A stretch of DNA of 64,000 bases from a candidate division FCPU426 bacterium (GCA_963738405.1 CAVTWJ010000012.1:1-64000); one strand, 5' to 3'; shown: positions 1 to 11,611, counted from the first letter of the stretch. Notes: a model not told the origin generated them from the sequence alone. Numbers and translations: made by a program.

Positions 1-158
1 GTTTTTCGGCTTCGCCGTTTTATCGTTTTTGTTTGGGGTTTCAATCGAAGTCTTTTATACTGCCTTTTCTCTTCCACTAGCCAACGCCCACGCCGAACGA
101 TCTAATTTCCGGTTTTCCGCTTCAAACCGGCTGAATTTATTTTTCTCGAGGGGGAGCC

Positions 159-1454
159 GTGATCCCGCGATACAGCCTTCCAGTGATGGGCGCTGTCTGG
201 TCCGAGCAGTCGAAATTCGAGTCCTGGCTCAAGGTCGAATTGGCGGCCTGCGGGGCCTGGGCCCGCCTGAAAAAAATTCCCTCTAAGGATATGGCGGTCA
301 TCCGCAAAAGGGCCCGTTTTGACCTCAAACGAATCGAAGCCATCGAGCGTAAAACCAACCACGACCTGATTTCATTTCTCACCTCCGTGGCCGAAAAGGT
401 CGGCCCCTCTTCCCGTTATATACACCTGGGGCTCACATCCACCGACGTGGTGGACACCGCCCAAGCCCTCCAGTTGACGGAGGCTTGCGACCTGTTATTA
501 GGCCAGATGGCAAGGCTGCGCAAGGTCCTGTACCGGCAGGCCAAGACCCATAAATATTCCATGATGATTGGCCGCACCCACGGCGTGCACGCCGAACCGG
601 TCACCTTTGGCCTCAAGATGGCTCTCTGGTTCGACGAGGTGGGGCGGGATATCGAGCGTTTGAACCTGGCCCGCCGCCAAGTGGCCGTGGGGAAGATTTC
701 GGGGGCGGTGGGTACCTTCGCCAATATTGACCCTCGGGTCGAGAAATGGGTATGTAGCGAGTTAGGACTGGTACCGGCACCGGTTTCCACCCAGACCCTC
801 CAGAGGGACCGGCACGCTTTCCTTCTTTCTGTTTTGGCGGTTATTGCCTCGTCCTTGGAAAAGTTTTCCACTGAAATCCGGAACCTCCAGCGAACCGAGC
901 TTTTGGAAGTGGAGGAGTTTTTCGCCGAGGGCCAAAAGGGCTCCTCGGCCATGCCCCACAAGCGAAACCCCCTCACGGCGGAGCGCGTGGCGGGCTTGTC
1001 ACGGGTGATGCGGGGCTATGCCGTTGCGGCGCAAGAAAACGTGGCCCTTTGGCACGAAAGGGACATTACCCATTCCTCCGCGGAACGCATCATCCTGCCA
1101 GACGCCACGATTCTCCTAAATTACATGTTGGAAAAGTTCATCCAGGTGATGGAAAAACTCAACGTGTACCCCAAACGCATGATGAAAAATATCCATCTGA
1201 CCCGGGGACTGGTTTCCTCCCAAAAGGTGCTTTTGGCCCTGGTGGGGAAGGGCTGCACGCGGGAAGCGGCCTATGCCCTGGTTCAACGCAACGCCTTGAA
1301 GGCTTGGAAAGAAGACCTGAATCTTCAGGAACTGGTTCTGAAAGATCCGGATATCCTGCTCCGCATGAGCCCTGCCGAGATCACGGCTTGTTTTGACCTT
1401 TCCTATCACTTGAAGTATGTGGACTATATCTTCAAAAGGGCTGGTATCAAGTAG
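159..1454 (+). CDS. purB: Adenylosuccinate lyase
   Basis: SSAMPHKRNP signature, GRTHGVHAEP, TNHD; first gene of the pur cluster. Confidence 0.98.
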   Translation: MIPRYSLPVMGAVWSEQSKFESWLKVELAACGAWARLKKIPSKDMAVIRKRARFDLKRIEAIERKTNHDLISFLTSVAEKVGPSSRYIHLGLTSTDVVDTAQALQLTEACDLLLGQMARLRKVLYRQAKTHKYSMMIGRTHGVHAEPVTFGLKMALWFDEVGRDIERLNLARRQVAVGKISGAVGTFANIDPRVEKWVCSELGLVPAPVSTQTLQRDRHAFLLSVLAVIASSLEKFSTEIRNLQRTELLEVEEFFAEGQKGSSAMPHKRNPLTAERVAGLSRVMRGYAVAAQENVALWHERDITHSSAERIILPDATILLNYMLEKFIQVMEKLNVYPKRMMKNIHLTRGLVSSQKVLLALVGKGCTREAAYALVQRNALKAWKEDLNLQELVLKDPDILLRMSPAEITACFDLSYHLKYVDYIFKRAGIK

Positions 1455-1473
1455 GACAAAAGAGGAGATAAAC

Positions 1474-1728
1474 ATGGCTTGGCACGTGAATGTTTTTGTA
1501 ACCCTTAAACCATCCGTCATGGACCCGCAAGGCGCCACCGTCCAAAGGGCCCTGAATCAAATGGGATATCCCTTCGTAACCGGCGTGCGCATGGGAAAAT
1601 TCACCGAATTGGAATTTGACGATTCGTTAAGCGAGGGAGAAGCCAAAAAGAAAGCCGATGAAATTTGCGATAAGCTATTGGCCAACCCTAATATCGAAAC
1701 CTACCGCTTTACGGTGGTTCAAAAATGA
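1474..1728 (+). CDS. purS: FGAM synthase subunit PurS
   Basis: DPQG and LLANP motifs; ATG at 1474 after an AGGAG RBS (the ORF track starts at 1417). Confidence 0.95.
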   Translation: MAWHVNVFVTLKPSVMDPQGATVQRALNQMGYPFVTGVRMGKFTELEFDDSLSEGEAKKKADEICDKLLANPNIETYRFTVVQK

Positions 1729-2426
1729 GGTTTTCGGTCACCGTTTTTCCCGGTTCCAATTGCGACCAGGACTGCGAATACACCATCAGGGACGTAATGG
1801 GCCAAAAGGTTGAGATGGTTTGGCACAAGGACACCGATCTGCGTAGTCCCGACTGCGTGGTGGTGCCGGGCGGCTTTTCCTACGGCGATTACTTGCGCAC
1901 GGGCGCCATTGCCCGCTTTTCCCCCGTGATGAAGTCGGTGGCTGATTTCGCCGCCAAGGGCGGGCTGGTCCTCGGCATCTGCAACGGGTTCCAAATTCTC
2001 TGCGAGGCAGGACTCCTTCCCGGCGCTCTCTTGCGCAATAAGAACCTGAAATTCATCTGCCAAAACATTTACGTGAAGGTGGAACAAACCCAAACACCTT
2101 TCACCTCCCAATGCCATAGGGACCAGGTTCTGAAGCTTCCGATTGCCCACGGGGAAGGGAACTATTTCATCGATCCCGAAGGTATGAAAAGGCTCGAAGG
2201 TCAGGGCCAGGTGGTCGTGCGTTATTGCGACCCGCAGGGCGGGCTGACCGAGGCAGGCAATCCCAACGGGTCTTTGAAATATGTGGCTGGCATCTGCAAC
2301 GAAAAACGAAACGTGTTTGGATTGATGCCCCATCCGGACCGCTCCTGCGAGGCGGGCCTTGGAAGTGAAGACGGCAAATTCATCTGGGAGTCGATTCTCC
2401 ATTCCTTCACTGGAGCGGCCAAATGA
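1725..2426 (+). CDS. purQ: FGAM synthase glutaminase subunit PurQ
   Basis: [31 protein letters not shown]. Confidence 0.98.
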   Translation: MRFSVTVFPGSNCDQDCEYTIRDVMGQKVEMVWHKDTDLRSPDCVVVPGGFSYGDYLRTGAIARFSPVMKSVADFAAKGGLVLGICNGFQILCEAGLLPGALLRNKNLKFICQNIYVKVEQTQTPFTSQCHRDQVLKLPIAHGEGNYFIDPEGMKRLEGQGQVVVRYCDPQGGLTEAGNPNGSLKYVAGICNEKRNVFGLMPHPDRSCEAGLGSEDGKFIWESILHSFTGAAK

Positions 2427-4645
2427 CGCCACCCACCGTCGAGATCACTCCTAAGATCATCCAAGAACACGGTCTTAAAGACGAAGAGTACCAGCGCATC
2501 TGCGATATCCTGAACCGCAATCCCAACCTGACGGAACTTGGTGTTTATTCGGTCATGTGGAGCGAGCATTGTGGCTATAAGCATTCCCGCGCCCTCTTGA
2601 AGACCCTTCCCACAAAGGGAGAAAAGGTGCTCCAGGGCCCCGGCGAAAACGCGGGCATCATGGATATCGGCGAGGGCTGGGCTGTGGCTTTTAAGGTCGA
2701 GTCCCACAACCATCCTTCCGCCATCGAGCCCTACCAGGGCGCCGCGACCGGAGTGGGCGGAATCCTACGGGATATCTTCACTATGGGCGCTCGTCCCGTG
2801 GCCAACCTCAACTCTCTTCGTTTCGGCCCCCTCACCGACCCGAAGGTCAAACGGCTCTTCGCGGGCGTGGTTCACGGCATCGCCGATTACGGCAACTGCA
2901 TGGGCATACCCACAATCGCCGGAGAAGTACTCTTTGACGAAAGCTACGCCGAAAACTGCCTGGTAAACGCCATGAGCGTGGGGCTGGTGCGCCATGAGCA
3001 GATCATCCGGGGCAGGGCCACCGGCATAAACAACGCTGTCATCTATATCGGCGCCACCACTGGCCGGGACGGCATCCACGGGGCTACCTTCGCCTCCACC
3101 GAAATCACCGATGAATCTACAGAAAAGCGCAGCGCCGTGCAGGTTGCCGACCCCTTCATGGAAAAACTGCTCATGGAAGCCACCCTGGAATTGATCCACG
3201 GGGAATATCTGGTGGGCATCCAGGATATGGGCGCGGCGGGCCTGACCTGTTCCACCTGCGAGATGGCCAGTCGGGGCGGGGCGGGAATCGAAATCGACGT
3301 GGCTAAGGTTCCGCAGAGGGAAAAAGGCATGAGTCCTTATGAAATTCTGCTTTCCGAATCTCAGGAACGGATGCTTCTGGTGGCCAAGCCGGGTTTTGAG
3401 CAGAAGGTTCACGACATCCTGGCCAAGTGGGATCTCCATGCCGCTACCATCGGCTTCGTCACCGATACGGGCCGGATGGTGGTGAAAGAAAACGGCAAGG
3501 TGGTGGTGGATGTCCCCGCCGACTCCCTGACCGAGGCCCCAATTTATCACCCGGCCAAAAGCGAACCCTCGATTCTTAAAAAACACCGTGAATTCGACGA
3601 AACCAAAGTTTCGGTCCCGGCTGATCACCTTGCGGTTCTTGAGAAACTCTTATCCGATCCCACCATCGCCAGCAAAAGATGGGTCTACCGCCAATATGAC
3701 CACATGGTGCGTTCCAACACGCTTATCCGCCCCGGCTCCGACGCGGGGGTGCTTCGGGTCAAGGGAACGACCTTGGGGCTTGCCATGTGCATCGACGGCA
3801 TTGGTTCCTACTGCTCGCTTGACCCCTATGAGGGTGCCAAAATCGTCGTGGCTGAAGCGGCCCGCAATATTGCCTGCTCAGGCGCCGACCTTTTGGGCAT
3901 GACGGACTGCCTCAATTTCGGAAACCCCGAAAAACCCGAAGTGTTTTATTACTTCGACCGGGTGATTTCAGGGCTTGGCGACGCCTGCAAGGCCTTCAAC
4001 ATCCCCATCACGGGCGGCAACGTCTCTCTCTATAACGAAAACCCTTCCGGGGCTATTGATCCCACCCCTATCGTGGGAATGATGGGTCTTTTCAAAAATG
4101 TGGAAAAACGGGTGACCCAATGGTTTAAAAACGACGGCGACCTTGTCTATCTTTTGGGCGAAATAGGCGACGCGGTCGGCGGAAGCCGGTATCTTCAAAT
4201 CGTCCATGGCCTCAAGACCGGGCTCTGTCCCAGGCTGGATCTGGAAAAAGAAAACAAGCTTCATCATGTTCTCATTCAGGGAGCTGATCAGGAAATTTAC
4301 AAATCCGCTCATGACTGTTCCGACGGGGGTTTTGCGGTAGCCTTGGCTGAATGCTGTTTCACAGGCGCCACCCACGAAAGTAACTCGCGCGGGGTTAAAA
4401 TCACCTTGCCGGGAGAAGGACGACTGGACGGCCGCCTCTTCGGCGAGGCCCAATCCAGAGCCGTCGTTTCTTGCAAACCCTCCGACGCAGAAAAATTAGA
4501 AAAATTGGCGAAGTCCTTGGGCGTTCCCTTTACGCAAATCGGAAAGGTGGGCGGCGATTCGTTTGAAATTTCCGGTCTGCTTCAAGCCCCGGTGGAAAAA
4601 CTGGGGGACTTGTTTTTCACGGCTGTTGAAAAGATGATGAGTTAA
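2423..4645 (+). CDS. purL: FGAM synthase subunit PurL (small type)
   Basis: [37 protein letters not shown]; 740 aa. Confidence 0.98.
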   Translation: MTPPTVEITPKIIQEHGLKDEEYQRICDILNRNPNLTELGVYSVMWSEHCGYKHSRALLKTLPTKGEKVLQGPGENAGIMDIGEGWAVAFKVESHNHPSAIEPYQGAATGVGGILRDIFTMGARPVANLNSLRFGPLTDPKVKRLFAGVVHGIADYGNCMGIPTIAGEVLFDESYAENCLVNAMSVGLVRHEQIIRGRATGINNAVIYIGATTGRDGIHGATFASTEITDESTEKRSAVQVADPFMEKLLMEATLELIHGEYLVGIQDMGAAGLTCSTCEMASRGGAGIEIDVAKVPQREKGMSPYEILLSESQERMLLVAKPGFEQKVHDILAKWDLHAATIGFVTDTGRMVVKENGKVVVDVPADSLTEAPIYHPAKSEPSILKKHREFDETKVSVPADHLAVLEKLLSDPTIASKRWVYRQYDHMVRSNTLIRPGSDAGVLRVKGTTLGLAMCIDGIGSYCSLDPYEGAKIVVAEAARNIACSGADLLGMTDCLNFGNPEKPEVFYYFDRVISGLGDACKAFNIPITGGNVSLYNENPSGAIDPTPIVGMMGLFKNVEKRVTQWFKNDGDLVYLLGEIGDAVGGSRYLQIVHGLKTGLCPRLDLEKENKLHHVLIQGADQEIYKSAHDCSDGGFAVALAECCFTGATHESNSRGVKITLPGEGRLDGRLFGEAQSRAVVSCKPSDAEKLEKLAKSLGVPFTQIGKVGGDSFEISGLLQAPVEKLGDLFFTAVEKMMS

Positions 4646-4705
4646 GTCTTACCTATTAGAAATGTCGTCGTTTCCAATTTAAGTTGAAGCCTGAGGAGGC
4701 CCGGG

Positions 4706-6124
4706 TTGCCTAATTTCATGGAAGATGACAAGCCCCACGATCAATGCGGAGTCTTTGGAATCTGGGGCCATCCCGAGGCGGCCAAAATTACCTATCTGGG
4801 TCTCCATTCTCTCCAGCACCGGGGACAGGAATCGGCCGGCATCTGCACCATGGAAAATGGCCAGCTTTTCAACCACAAGCGAATGGGCTTGGTGGCCGAT
4901 ATCTTTCACGAGGCCGACTTCAAGAACCTGCCCGGCCCCACGGCCATCGGCCATGTGCGTTATTCCACCACCGGATCCTCCCAGCTTCGAAACGCCCAGC
5001 CTATCGCCGTGGAATACGCCCGAGGCTCCATCGCTTTGGCCCATAACGGAAATTTAGTCAACGCCCGCCGCATCCGCGACGAGCTGGAAGCTCGGGGTTC
5101 CATCTTCGTTTCCACCGTGGATTCGGAAGTCATCATTCATCTGTTGGCCCGCTCCAGCAGCCATACGTTGATTGAAAGCCTCATCGAGTCGCTTAAAAAA
5201 GTGCGGGGGGCCTATTCCTTGCTGGTTCTTTCCGACGAGGGCTTGATCGGCATGAGGGATCCTCATGGCTTCCGGCCTCTCTGCTTGGGCAAGCTGGATA
5301 ATTCCTGGGTCTTGGCCAGTGAAACCTGCGCCTTCGACATCATTGACGCCAAATACGTGAGGGACGTGGAACCGGGCGAGATTGTGTTGATTAACGAGAA
5401 CGGACTGGTGTCCATCAAGCCCTTCGAGGATGTGACCCATGCCTCCTGCATCTTCGAGTACATTTATTTCGCCCGTCCGGATTCGCGCATCTACAACACC
5501 AGCGTGCAGAAGGTTCGCAAACGCCTGGGCGCCATCCTGGCCCAAGAATCCAGCGTTCCCGCCGACGTGGTGGTGCCTGTTCCAGATTCCTCCAACATGG
5601 CGGCCACCGGCTACGCCGAGGAATCGAAGATCCCATACGAAATGGGATTGATCCGCAATCACTACATTGGCCGAACCTTTATCGAGCCCAATCAAACGAT
5701 CCGCGATTTCGGGGCCCGTCTCAAATACAACCCCGTGAGGGAATCCATGGAAGGGAAAAGGGTGATCCTCATCGACGATTCCATCGTCCGCGGAACCACC
5801 ATGCGCAAAATCGTTAAGATGATTCGAAACGCCGGGGCAAAAGAAATCCATCTTCGAATCACCTCGCCTGCCATCATCTCACCATGCTTTTACGGAATGG
5901 ACTTTCCCAGCCGGAAGGAACTGATCGCAGCCACCCATAGCCTTGAGGAGATCAAGACCTACCTGAGGGTGGATAGTTTGGCCTATTTGTCGGTGGAGGG
6001 TATGATGAAGGCGGTGGAGGGAACCCCTCAGGGCCATTGCACGGCCTGCTTTACAGGCAAGTATCCTGTGGCTTTTGATGAGGAAACGGAAAAGTACAGC
6101 CTTGAAGCGGCGGGCAAGTGCTGA
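4706..6124 (+). CDS. purF: Amidophosphoribosyltransferase
   Basis: Propeptide then CGVFG, QHRGQE, GHVRYST, DDSIVRGTT, C-terminal CxxC; TTG start after GAGGAGG. Confidence 0.98.
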   Translation: MPNFMEDDKPHDQCGVFGIWGHPEAAKITYLGLHSLQHRGQESAGICTMENGQLFNHKRMGLVADIFHEADFKNLPGPTAIGHVRYSTTGSSQLRNAQPIAVEYARGSIALAHNGNLVNARRIRDELEARGSIFVSTVDSEVIIHLLARSSSHTLIESLIESLKKVRGAYSLLVLSDEGLIGMRDPHGFRPLCLGKLDNSWVLASETCAFDIIDAKYVRDVEPGEIVLINENGLVSIKPFEDVTHASCIFEYIYFARPDSRIYNTSVQKVRKRLGAILAQESSVPADVVVPVPDSSNMAATGYAEESKIPYEMGLIRNHYIGRTFIEPNQTIRDFGARLKYNPVRESMEGKRVILIDDSIVRGTTMRKIVKMIRNAGAKEIHLRITSPAIISPCFYGMDFPSRKELIAATHSLEEIKTYLRVDSLAYLSVEGMMKAVEGTPQGHCTACFTGKYPVAFDEETEKYSLEAAGKC

Positions 6125-6136
6125 GGTTGGCTTACG

Positions 6137-7405
6137 CTATTTCGCCTTAACGACCCGGTTGCGCCCCGCTTCCTTCGCCTCATAAAGGGCCTTGTCGGCC
6201 CGTTTAATCACGTCGTGATAATCCACCGAGGTCTTCTTGTGGTCGGCAATGCCGGCGCTGAAGGTAATCTGCACCTTCCCGCCCCGGGAGCCTTTTTTCC
6301 CCTCCGAATTCGACTCTTCCCCCTCTCTCCGTCTGTGAGTCCTCAAATTGAACTTTCGTTTCTCCAGGGTCTTGCGCGCCACTTCCATGCGGCTCTCGGC
6401 CTCATCTTTTAATTCACCCTCAAACACCGCGCAAAATTCCTCGCCTCCGTAACGGTAGGTATCCTTGCCTAGGTGTCCCAGAAGGTGTTGGGCGACCATC
6501 CTGAGAACATTATCCCCCTCGGCATGGCCGTAGGTGTCGTTGAATTTTTTGAAATGGTCGATATCCACCATAGCCAGGGCATATTGTCCCCTCAGGGTAT
6601 GCAGCCGGTCATCCAGGGCCTGGCGGTTGGGGATGCCGGTTAAGGGGTCCTGATAGACTCGGTTCCAGTACATGTGCAAAATGACATGCAGGGAAATGGC
6701 CGAAAGGAAAAGGAAGGAAAGGATTACGAGAAAGCGGTTGTAGCCTTGCGAGTCCGGAAGGGTCAGCGCCAGCCCCACGTAAAGGGATAAATAAAAGGGA
6801 ACCCGGGAAATAAAAAAGGCTGCTAAAAAGGGTTTGATCTTGGGTTCGTGGATCAGGTAAACCGCCGCCGTAAGCGCCATAAGCGTCAGGAGAGCACATT
6901 CGGGCCAGACGGCCGCCGGACCCCAGAGAAACTTCCAATGCAAAAGCTTGTGGTGTATTTCCGGCGCCCAGCCAGAGAGGGCCAACAAAAGCAACAAAGG
7001 GCTTCCGGCTAAGGCCATTCGGCTGAGGGACTGTTCGCTAAGGAGACGGCATTCTTTCAACGAAAAAAGGATGGTCCAGAAAAGGGGCAAACCCACAACC
7101 AGGATGTCAAAAGTCTTGAGCCGATCCGCCGGAAGGGGAACCAAAAAGTCCGGGTGTAGCAGATAGTGATAGATCAGCAAATCGGAAAGGGAAGCCCAAA
7201 AGATGCGAGTTTGGGAAATCTGCCAGCCTAGAATCGCCACCAGGATTAAAATCAGGTCTGGGGCGTAGACAAAGAACTGGTTCACCATGGGATGGCTGTC
7301 CAGGGAAAACCCATTGGGCTGAATGAAAAAGAAAAGAAGCGGGCAAAGGCTTAAGGCTAAGTAGACCCCAGTCCAGCGGCCGGTGAAGGGTGAGGATTTT
7401 GCCAT
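6137..7405 (-). CDS. Membrane-bound diguanylate cyclase
   Basis: Multi-TM N-terminus; DPLTG, DIDHFKKFND, RYGGEEF, ADKALYEAK. Confidence 0.93.
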   Translation of the reverse strand: MAKSSPFTGRWTGVYLALSLCPLLFFFIQPNGFSLDSHPMVNQFFVYAPDLILILVAILGWQISQTRIFWASLSDLLIYHYLLHPDFLVPLPADRLKTFDILVVGLPLFWTILFSLKECRLLSEQSLSRMALAGSPLLLLLALSGWAPEIHHKLLHWKFLWGPAAVWPECALLTLMALTAAVYLIHEPKIKPFLAAFFISRVPFYLSLYVGLALTLPDSQGYNRFLVILSFLFLSAISLHVILHMYWNRVYQDPLTGIPNRQALDDRLHTLRGQYALAMVDIDHFKKFNDTYGHAEGDNVLRMVAQHLLGHLGKDTYRYGGEEFCAVFEGELKDEAESRMEVARKTLEKRKFNLRTHRRREGEESNSEGKKGSRGGKVQITFSAGIADHKKTSVDYHDVIKRADKALYEAKEAGRNRVVKAK

Positions 7406-7595
7406 GGAGCCCTTTGAGGAATGGATTAGATGCGCCAGAATAATCTAACGACCGGCACGATGAATGTAAATCAAACTACGTTAGTGTTTTTTGATTACAG
7501 AATGTTGCTGGCGGCCTTTTTCCCCCTTGTCCTATGAAGAAGGGGCCTTTACGATGTCCAGGCTTGAACATTAGTGTTTTTCACTGGGGGAAAGT

Positions 7596-8642
7596 TTGAA
7601 ACAGATTTCATACGAAGACGCCGGGGTCAATATTGAAAAAGGCAACGAGTCCGTCCAGCGCATCAAACAGCTCGTCAAAAAAACCTTCAACTCCGCCGTT
7701 CTATCCGATATCGGCCTTTTCGGGGGCCTTTTTGAATTTGATACCACCCAATACAAAAAGCCCGTCCTGGTTTCCTCCACCGACGGGGTCGGCACTAAAA
7801 CCCAAATCGGCGTTGAGATGAAGAAATACCGCGGCCTGGGTGCGGACATTGTGGGCCATTCCATCAACGATATCCTAGTGCAGGGCGCCAAGCCCCTATT
7901 CTTCTTGGATTACCTGGCTGCGGGCAAGCTGGACGTCTCGGTGGTTGAGGAAATCGTCTCAGGCATGACCGACGAATGCGTCAGGGCGGGACTCGTCCTC
8001 ATCGGCGGGGAAACAGCCGAAATGCCCTCGGTCTACAAAGAGGGCGATTACGATATTGCTGGGACCATCGTGGGCGTGGTTGAAAAAGAGAAGGTGATCC
8101 GGGGCCAAAACGTGGTTCCGGGGGATATTTGCATCGGTCTTCCTTCAGTCTCCCTCCACACCAACGGTTATTCGCTAGCCCGTAAGCTGGTAAGGGAAGT
8201 AGCGGGTCTTCAATACACCGATACCGTGCCCGAATTGGGAGGCGTCATCGGCGAGCTTCTTTTAAAACCCCACAAAAGCTATTACCACGAAATCTATCCC
8301 ATGTTGGATAAGGTGCTGGTGAAAGCCATGGCCCATATCACCGGCGGCGGCTTGATTGACAATCCTCCACGAGTATTGCCCGAGGGATGCCGTATCCGTT
8401 TCAAACAAAGCTCCTGGGATATTCCGCCCCTCTTTAAGTGGCTGGTGAAAACCGGCAACCTTTCCCAGTTTGAATCATTCCGTTCGCTCAACATGGGCCT
8501 CGGCATGGTGATCCTGGTGGGGAAGAACGACGTGGACAAGGCCCTGGCGGAGCTTAAGAAAAACGGCGCCTCCCCCTCGATTGTAGGGGAAGTGGTTGCG
8601 GGCGAACGCGGCGTGGAGTTTGACCCGCCCCTCAAAAACTAA
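7596..8642 (+). CDS. purM: Phosphoribosylformylglycinamidine cyclo-ligase
   Basis: YEDAGV, TDGVGTK, GGETAEMP, HTNGYSL, HITGGG. Confidence 0.98.
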   Translation: MKQISYEDAGVNIEKGNESVQRIKQLVKKTFNSAVLSDIGLFGGLFEFDTTQYKKPVLVSSTDGVGTKTQIGVEMKKYRGLGADIVGHSINDILVQGAKPLFFLDYLAAGKLDVSVVEEIVSGMTDECVRAGLVLIGGETAEMPSVYKEGDYDIAGTIVGVVEKEKVIRGQNVVPGDICIGLPSVSLHTNGYSLARKLVREVAGLQYTDTVPELGGVIGELLLKPHKSYYHEIYPMLDKVLVKAMAHITGGGLIDNPPRVLPEGCRIRFKQSSWDIPPLFKWLVKTGNLSQFESFRSLNMGLGMVILVGKNDVDKALAELKKNGASPSIVGEVVAGERGVEFDPPLKN

Positions 8643-8708
8643 ATTTCCGATCCCTTTATTCTGGCTTTATAAATGTGTCGCCTAGGTTTGTCATGACGGG
8701 GTGATTTT

Positions 8709-8861
8709 ATGTTCTGTCGGAAGTGCAAGATCAAGATGAGGGAACAGCCCCACTCGGCCCACAAGCAAAGAAAGTTCGTCTGCCCCCGCTGCGGCGGGGC
8801 CCGCATGAAATCGGGCAAGGAAAAGGCGGGCGACCGCAGGCGGCGGGAAAGGGACGAATAA
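8709..8861 (+). CDS. Small (50 aa) zinc-ribbon protein, absent from the ORF track
   Basis: Read by hand: MFCRKCKIKMREQPHSAHKQRKFVCPRCGGARMKSGKEKAGDRRRRERDE; two CxxC motifs; GGGGTG upstream of the ATG. Confidence 0.7.
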   Translation: MFCRKCKIKMREQPHSAHKQRKFVCPRCGGARMKSGKEKAGDRRRRERDE

Positions 8862-8934
8862 CAGGTTCCGGTTTAGGCCAACAACCCCCGTCTTTCGGTT
8901 ATCCTAGAGACGACCTCATCTCCAGGGAGTCTCG

Positions 8935-10179
8935 GTGATCCCCAGTTCCACCCCCCATTCGGCCGCCATCCTCGCGGTCTTCGTGCTCACCTACTCGGCC
9001 ATCGCTATCGGCCGCATCCCGGGGCTCAAGCTCAACCGAGCCGGCATCGCCCTGCTGGGCACCATCGGCATGATGGTCTTTGGGGAAGTCACCACCGCGC
9101 AAGTCGTTTCCATGGTCAACTGGCCCACGGTGCTTCTGCTTTTCGGTTTTTTCGTCATTTCAGCCCAACTTCGGCTTTCGGGTTTTTATGACTTGGCGGC
9201 CCGCGCCATCTCGAACCGTTTGGATCATCCGGCGACCTTCCTGCTTATCCTCATGGCCGCCACCGCGGGCCTTTCGGCTTTTCTGAACCACGATATCGTC
9301 TGCCTGGCCTTCACGCCGGTAGTCACCGTGGCCCTGCTGGATAAAAAACTCAATCCGGTGCCCTTTCTGGTGGCCATGGCCCTCGCCAGCAACATCGGGG
9401 CCGGCGCGACCCTCATCGGCAACCCCCAGGACATGCTCATCGGCGAATACGCCCACCTGAATTTCGGGGCTTATCTGCTCTGGAGCCTGCCGCCGGTTTT
9501 GGCGTCGCTTGCCCTGGCCTATGGGCTGGTTTGGTGGCTCTCCCGATCCTCTCTTCGAATATTACCCACTGTCGCGTCCCATAAGGCACTTGCCACTTAT
9601 CCCTATAACCATCACCACACGGTAAAAGGTCTCATTATCTTAGTTATCGTCGTGGGGTTATTCTTTACTTCCATCCCGAAGGAAATCATCGCCTTAGCCG
9701 CTGCGGGTATCCACATCGCCAGCCGGAAGTTCCGGTCGGAAGATCTGCTGGAGGAGGTGGATTGGCAGGTGCTGGTGCTGTTCATGGGGCTGTTCGCGGT
9801 CACAGGGGCCTTTCAATCCACGGGTTACGGCGACCAAGTCGTCGCCTGGCTGGCCCGGATAGGTTTTGACCTTCAAAAATCTTCCAACCTGGCCCTCTCG
9901 GCTGCGGCCCTTTCGAACCTCATCGGTAACGGGGCCACAGTTATGTTTCTGTTGAAGGTAGTGAATCTTTCCCGTTTTTCCACCGCCTATGTTCTAGCCC
10001 TAGCCAACAGTTTCGGCGGAAGCCTTTTGATCGCGGGGTCCGTCTCCAACCTCATTGTGGCCCAGCAGGCCCATGAGCTTGGCGTCACGGTTTCTTTTAA
10101 AGATTTCGCAAGGCTTGGAATTCCGGTGACCCTGACTGCCTTGGCCATTCTTTTGGCCTGGACCGCCTGGATAGGATAA
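8935..10179 (+). CDS. ArsB/NhaD/CitMHS (IT superfamily) anion transporter
   Basis: About 11 hydrophobic segments; ASNIGAGATLIGNPQ and GSVSNLIV motifs. Confidence 0.88.
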   Translation: MIPSSTPHSAAILAVFVLTYSAIAIGRIPGLKLNRAGIALLGTIGMMVFGEVTTAQVVSMVNWPTVLLLFGFFVISAQLRLSGFYDLAARAISNRLDHPATFLLILMAATAGLSAFLNHDIVCLAFTPVVTVALLDKKLNPVPFLVAMALASNIGAGATLIGNPQDMLIGEYAHLNFGAYLLWSLPPVLASLALAYGLVWWLSRSSLRILPTVASHKALATYPYNHHHTVKGLIILVIVVGLFFTSIPKEIIALAAAGIHIASRKFRSEDLLEEVDWQVLVLFMGLFAVTGAFQSTGYGDQVVAWLARIGFDLQKSSNLALSAAALSNLIGNGATVMFLLKVVNLSRFSTAYVLALANSFGGSLLIAGSVSNLIVAQQAHELGVTVSFKDFARLGIPVTLTALAILLAWTAWIG

Positions 10180-10242
10180 AAGGGAAGAGACGGATTTTTC
10201 ATCCAAAATCAAATTTCAAGTAAAAAGAAAGGGGAATCCAGG

Positions 10243-10881
10243 ATGACCACCGACAACCCGCCGGATAACCGAAAGGTAAATATCGGGTTGGTCTTTTTAA
10301 CGGGCCTCGTCTCGGGCGTTGTTTGTTACCTCTTGGCCGAATCGCTGATCCCTAAGCAGGTGGCGGGTCCCGGCGACCATGACATCTTTTTGGCGGACCG
10401 CCTAGGGCTCATTTACACACCCCTCCTGGGCCTTTGGTTGGGCTGGCTACAACGCTCATTTAAACGCGCGATGGCCGGCCTTTTAACCGGTGTCGTGATC
10501 GGGTTCTTTTACATAGGGCTTTGCGCCAGCCGTGATTTCTTGGCCATTATGGTGGGCTTTCCTTGTTTGTTGGGAGGCGTCATGGCGGGCCTCCTGGGCT
10601 CCAACCGTAGTCGCTGGCTGATCGGATTGCCCTGGCGTTTGGCCAAGGGCCTCTTAGCGGGTTTGGTTCTCGGTTTTGTTTATATGCTGATCCTGAATAC
10701 CCTGCCCGGCCTGATCGCCATTCCCGATTCTGGGGATTTCACTCAGAGATATGTCTATATGATGTGGCGGACTGGTCCCGTGGCCTTGGGGATCGCAAGC
10801 GCATTGTTTTTTGTCCTGATGCGCTGGGCGGTGGGGCTCACACGCGCGAAAAGGTGGGCGTTGAGAAATAGGATGGGCTGA
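10243..10881 (+). CDS. Gly-rich multi-pass membrane protein of unknown function
   Basis: About 6 hydrophobic segments; GGGG RBS-like sequence upstream. Confidence 0.7.
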   Translation: MTTDNPPDNRKVNIGLVFLTGLVSGVVCYLLAESLIPKQVAGPGDHDIFLADRLGLIYTPLLGLWLGWLQRSFKRAMAGLLTGVVIGFFYIGLCASRDFLAIMVGFPCLLGGVMAGLLGSNRSRWLIGLPWRLAKGLLAGLVLGFVYMLILNTLPGLIAIPDSGDFTQRYVYMMWRTGPVALGIASALFFVLMRWAVGLTRAKRWALRNRMG

Positions 10882-11039
10882 AACAAACCCGGTCGTTTCC
10901 GTTCGAAACTCATAAGATGAGATTCAAGATTAGCCGGAAAACCCCTGTCAAAGGGGAAGGGCGGCCACTTTCAATTTTTCTTTATAAAACCCAGCGAGTT
11001 TTTGAGATCTTGAAGAAGTTCGTACCCATGAGGGAAAAG

Positions 11040-11498
11040 ATGAAACGTCAGCTTATTTCCATGTTTATTCTTTCCGCTGTCTTAATGCTGTGGTTAGGAG
11101 GGTGCCTTACTCTTCGCAATGATTCAGCGGTGATAAAAAATATCGATAATCAGGATACCTTTCCTGCGATTCAGACCAACCAGGTTTATTTTTTTCTCTC
11201 GAAAGACGCTTTTCCGCCCGACTTACAGCAAATCCCGGTAGGAACCCTCTGGACACCCGAGAACAGCCAATGGACCTACGCCCAGGTTGTTGAAAGATTT
11301 CAGGAAAAGGCTGCCGAAATAGGGGCCAATGCGGTGGTGTTTGAGAGCCTTGGAAAAAACGAATTACTTTACGGCAACCTTTACTATTCTGGTTATGCCA
11401 CCGCTTACCGGCTGTTCCAGCAGGACACTCGAGTTGCTGCTGATTTAAGCGCCTCCCAGTACGGAACCCAAAGCCCAAATTTGCAGAAGGTGAAATAA
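11040..11498 (+). CDS. Putative lipoprotein
   Basis: MKRQ...LWLGGC lipobox; AAEIGANAVV motif reminiscent of YbjQ-like folds; start reassigned from 10917. Confidence 0.7.
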   Translation: MKRQLISMFILSAVLMLWLGGCLTLRNDSAVIKNIDNQDTFPAIQTNQVYFFLSKDAFPPDLQQIPVGTLWTPENSQWTYAQVVERFQEKAAEIGANAVVFESLGKNELLYGNLYYSGYATAYRLFQQDTRVAADLSASQYGTQSPNLQKVK

Positions 11499-11611
11499 GT
11501 CTGGGAATGGACTCTCTGAACCCAATTTAAATAATTTCGTAACGATTGCGTTGAATATATCTGCTGTTAAGCTAACCCAAACAAATCCTTTTTGAGCAAC
11601 GAGGAGATAGC

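Noticed and set aside
7406..7595. Purine or ZTP riboswitch upstream of purM
   Set aside because: No consensus motifs recognisable
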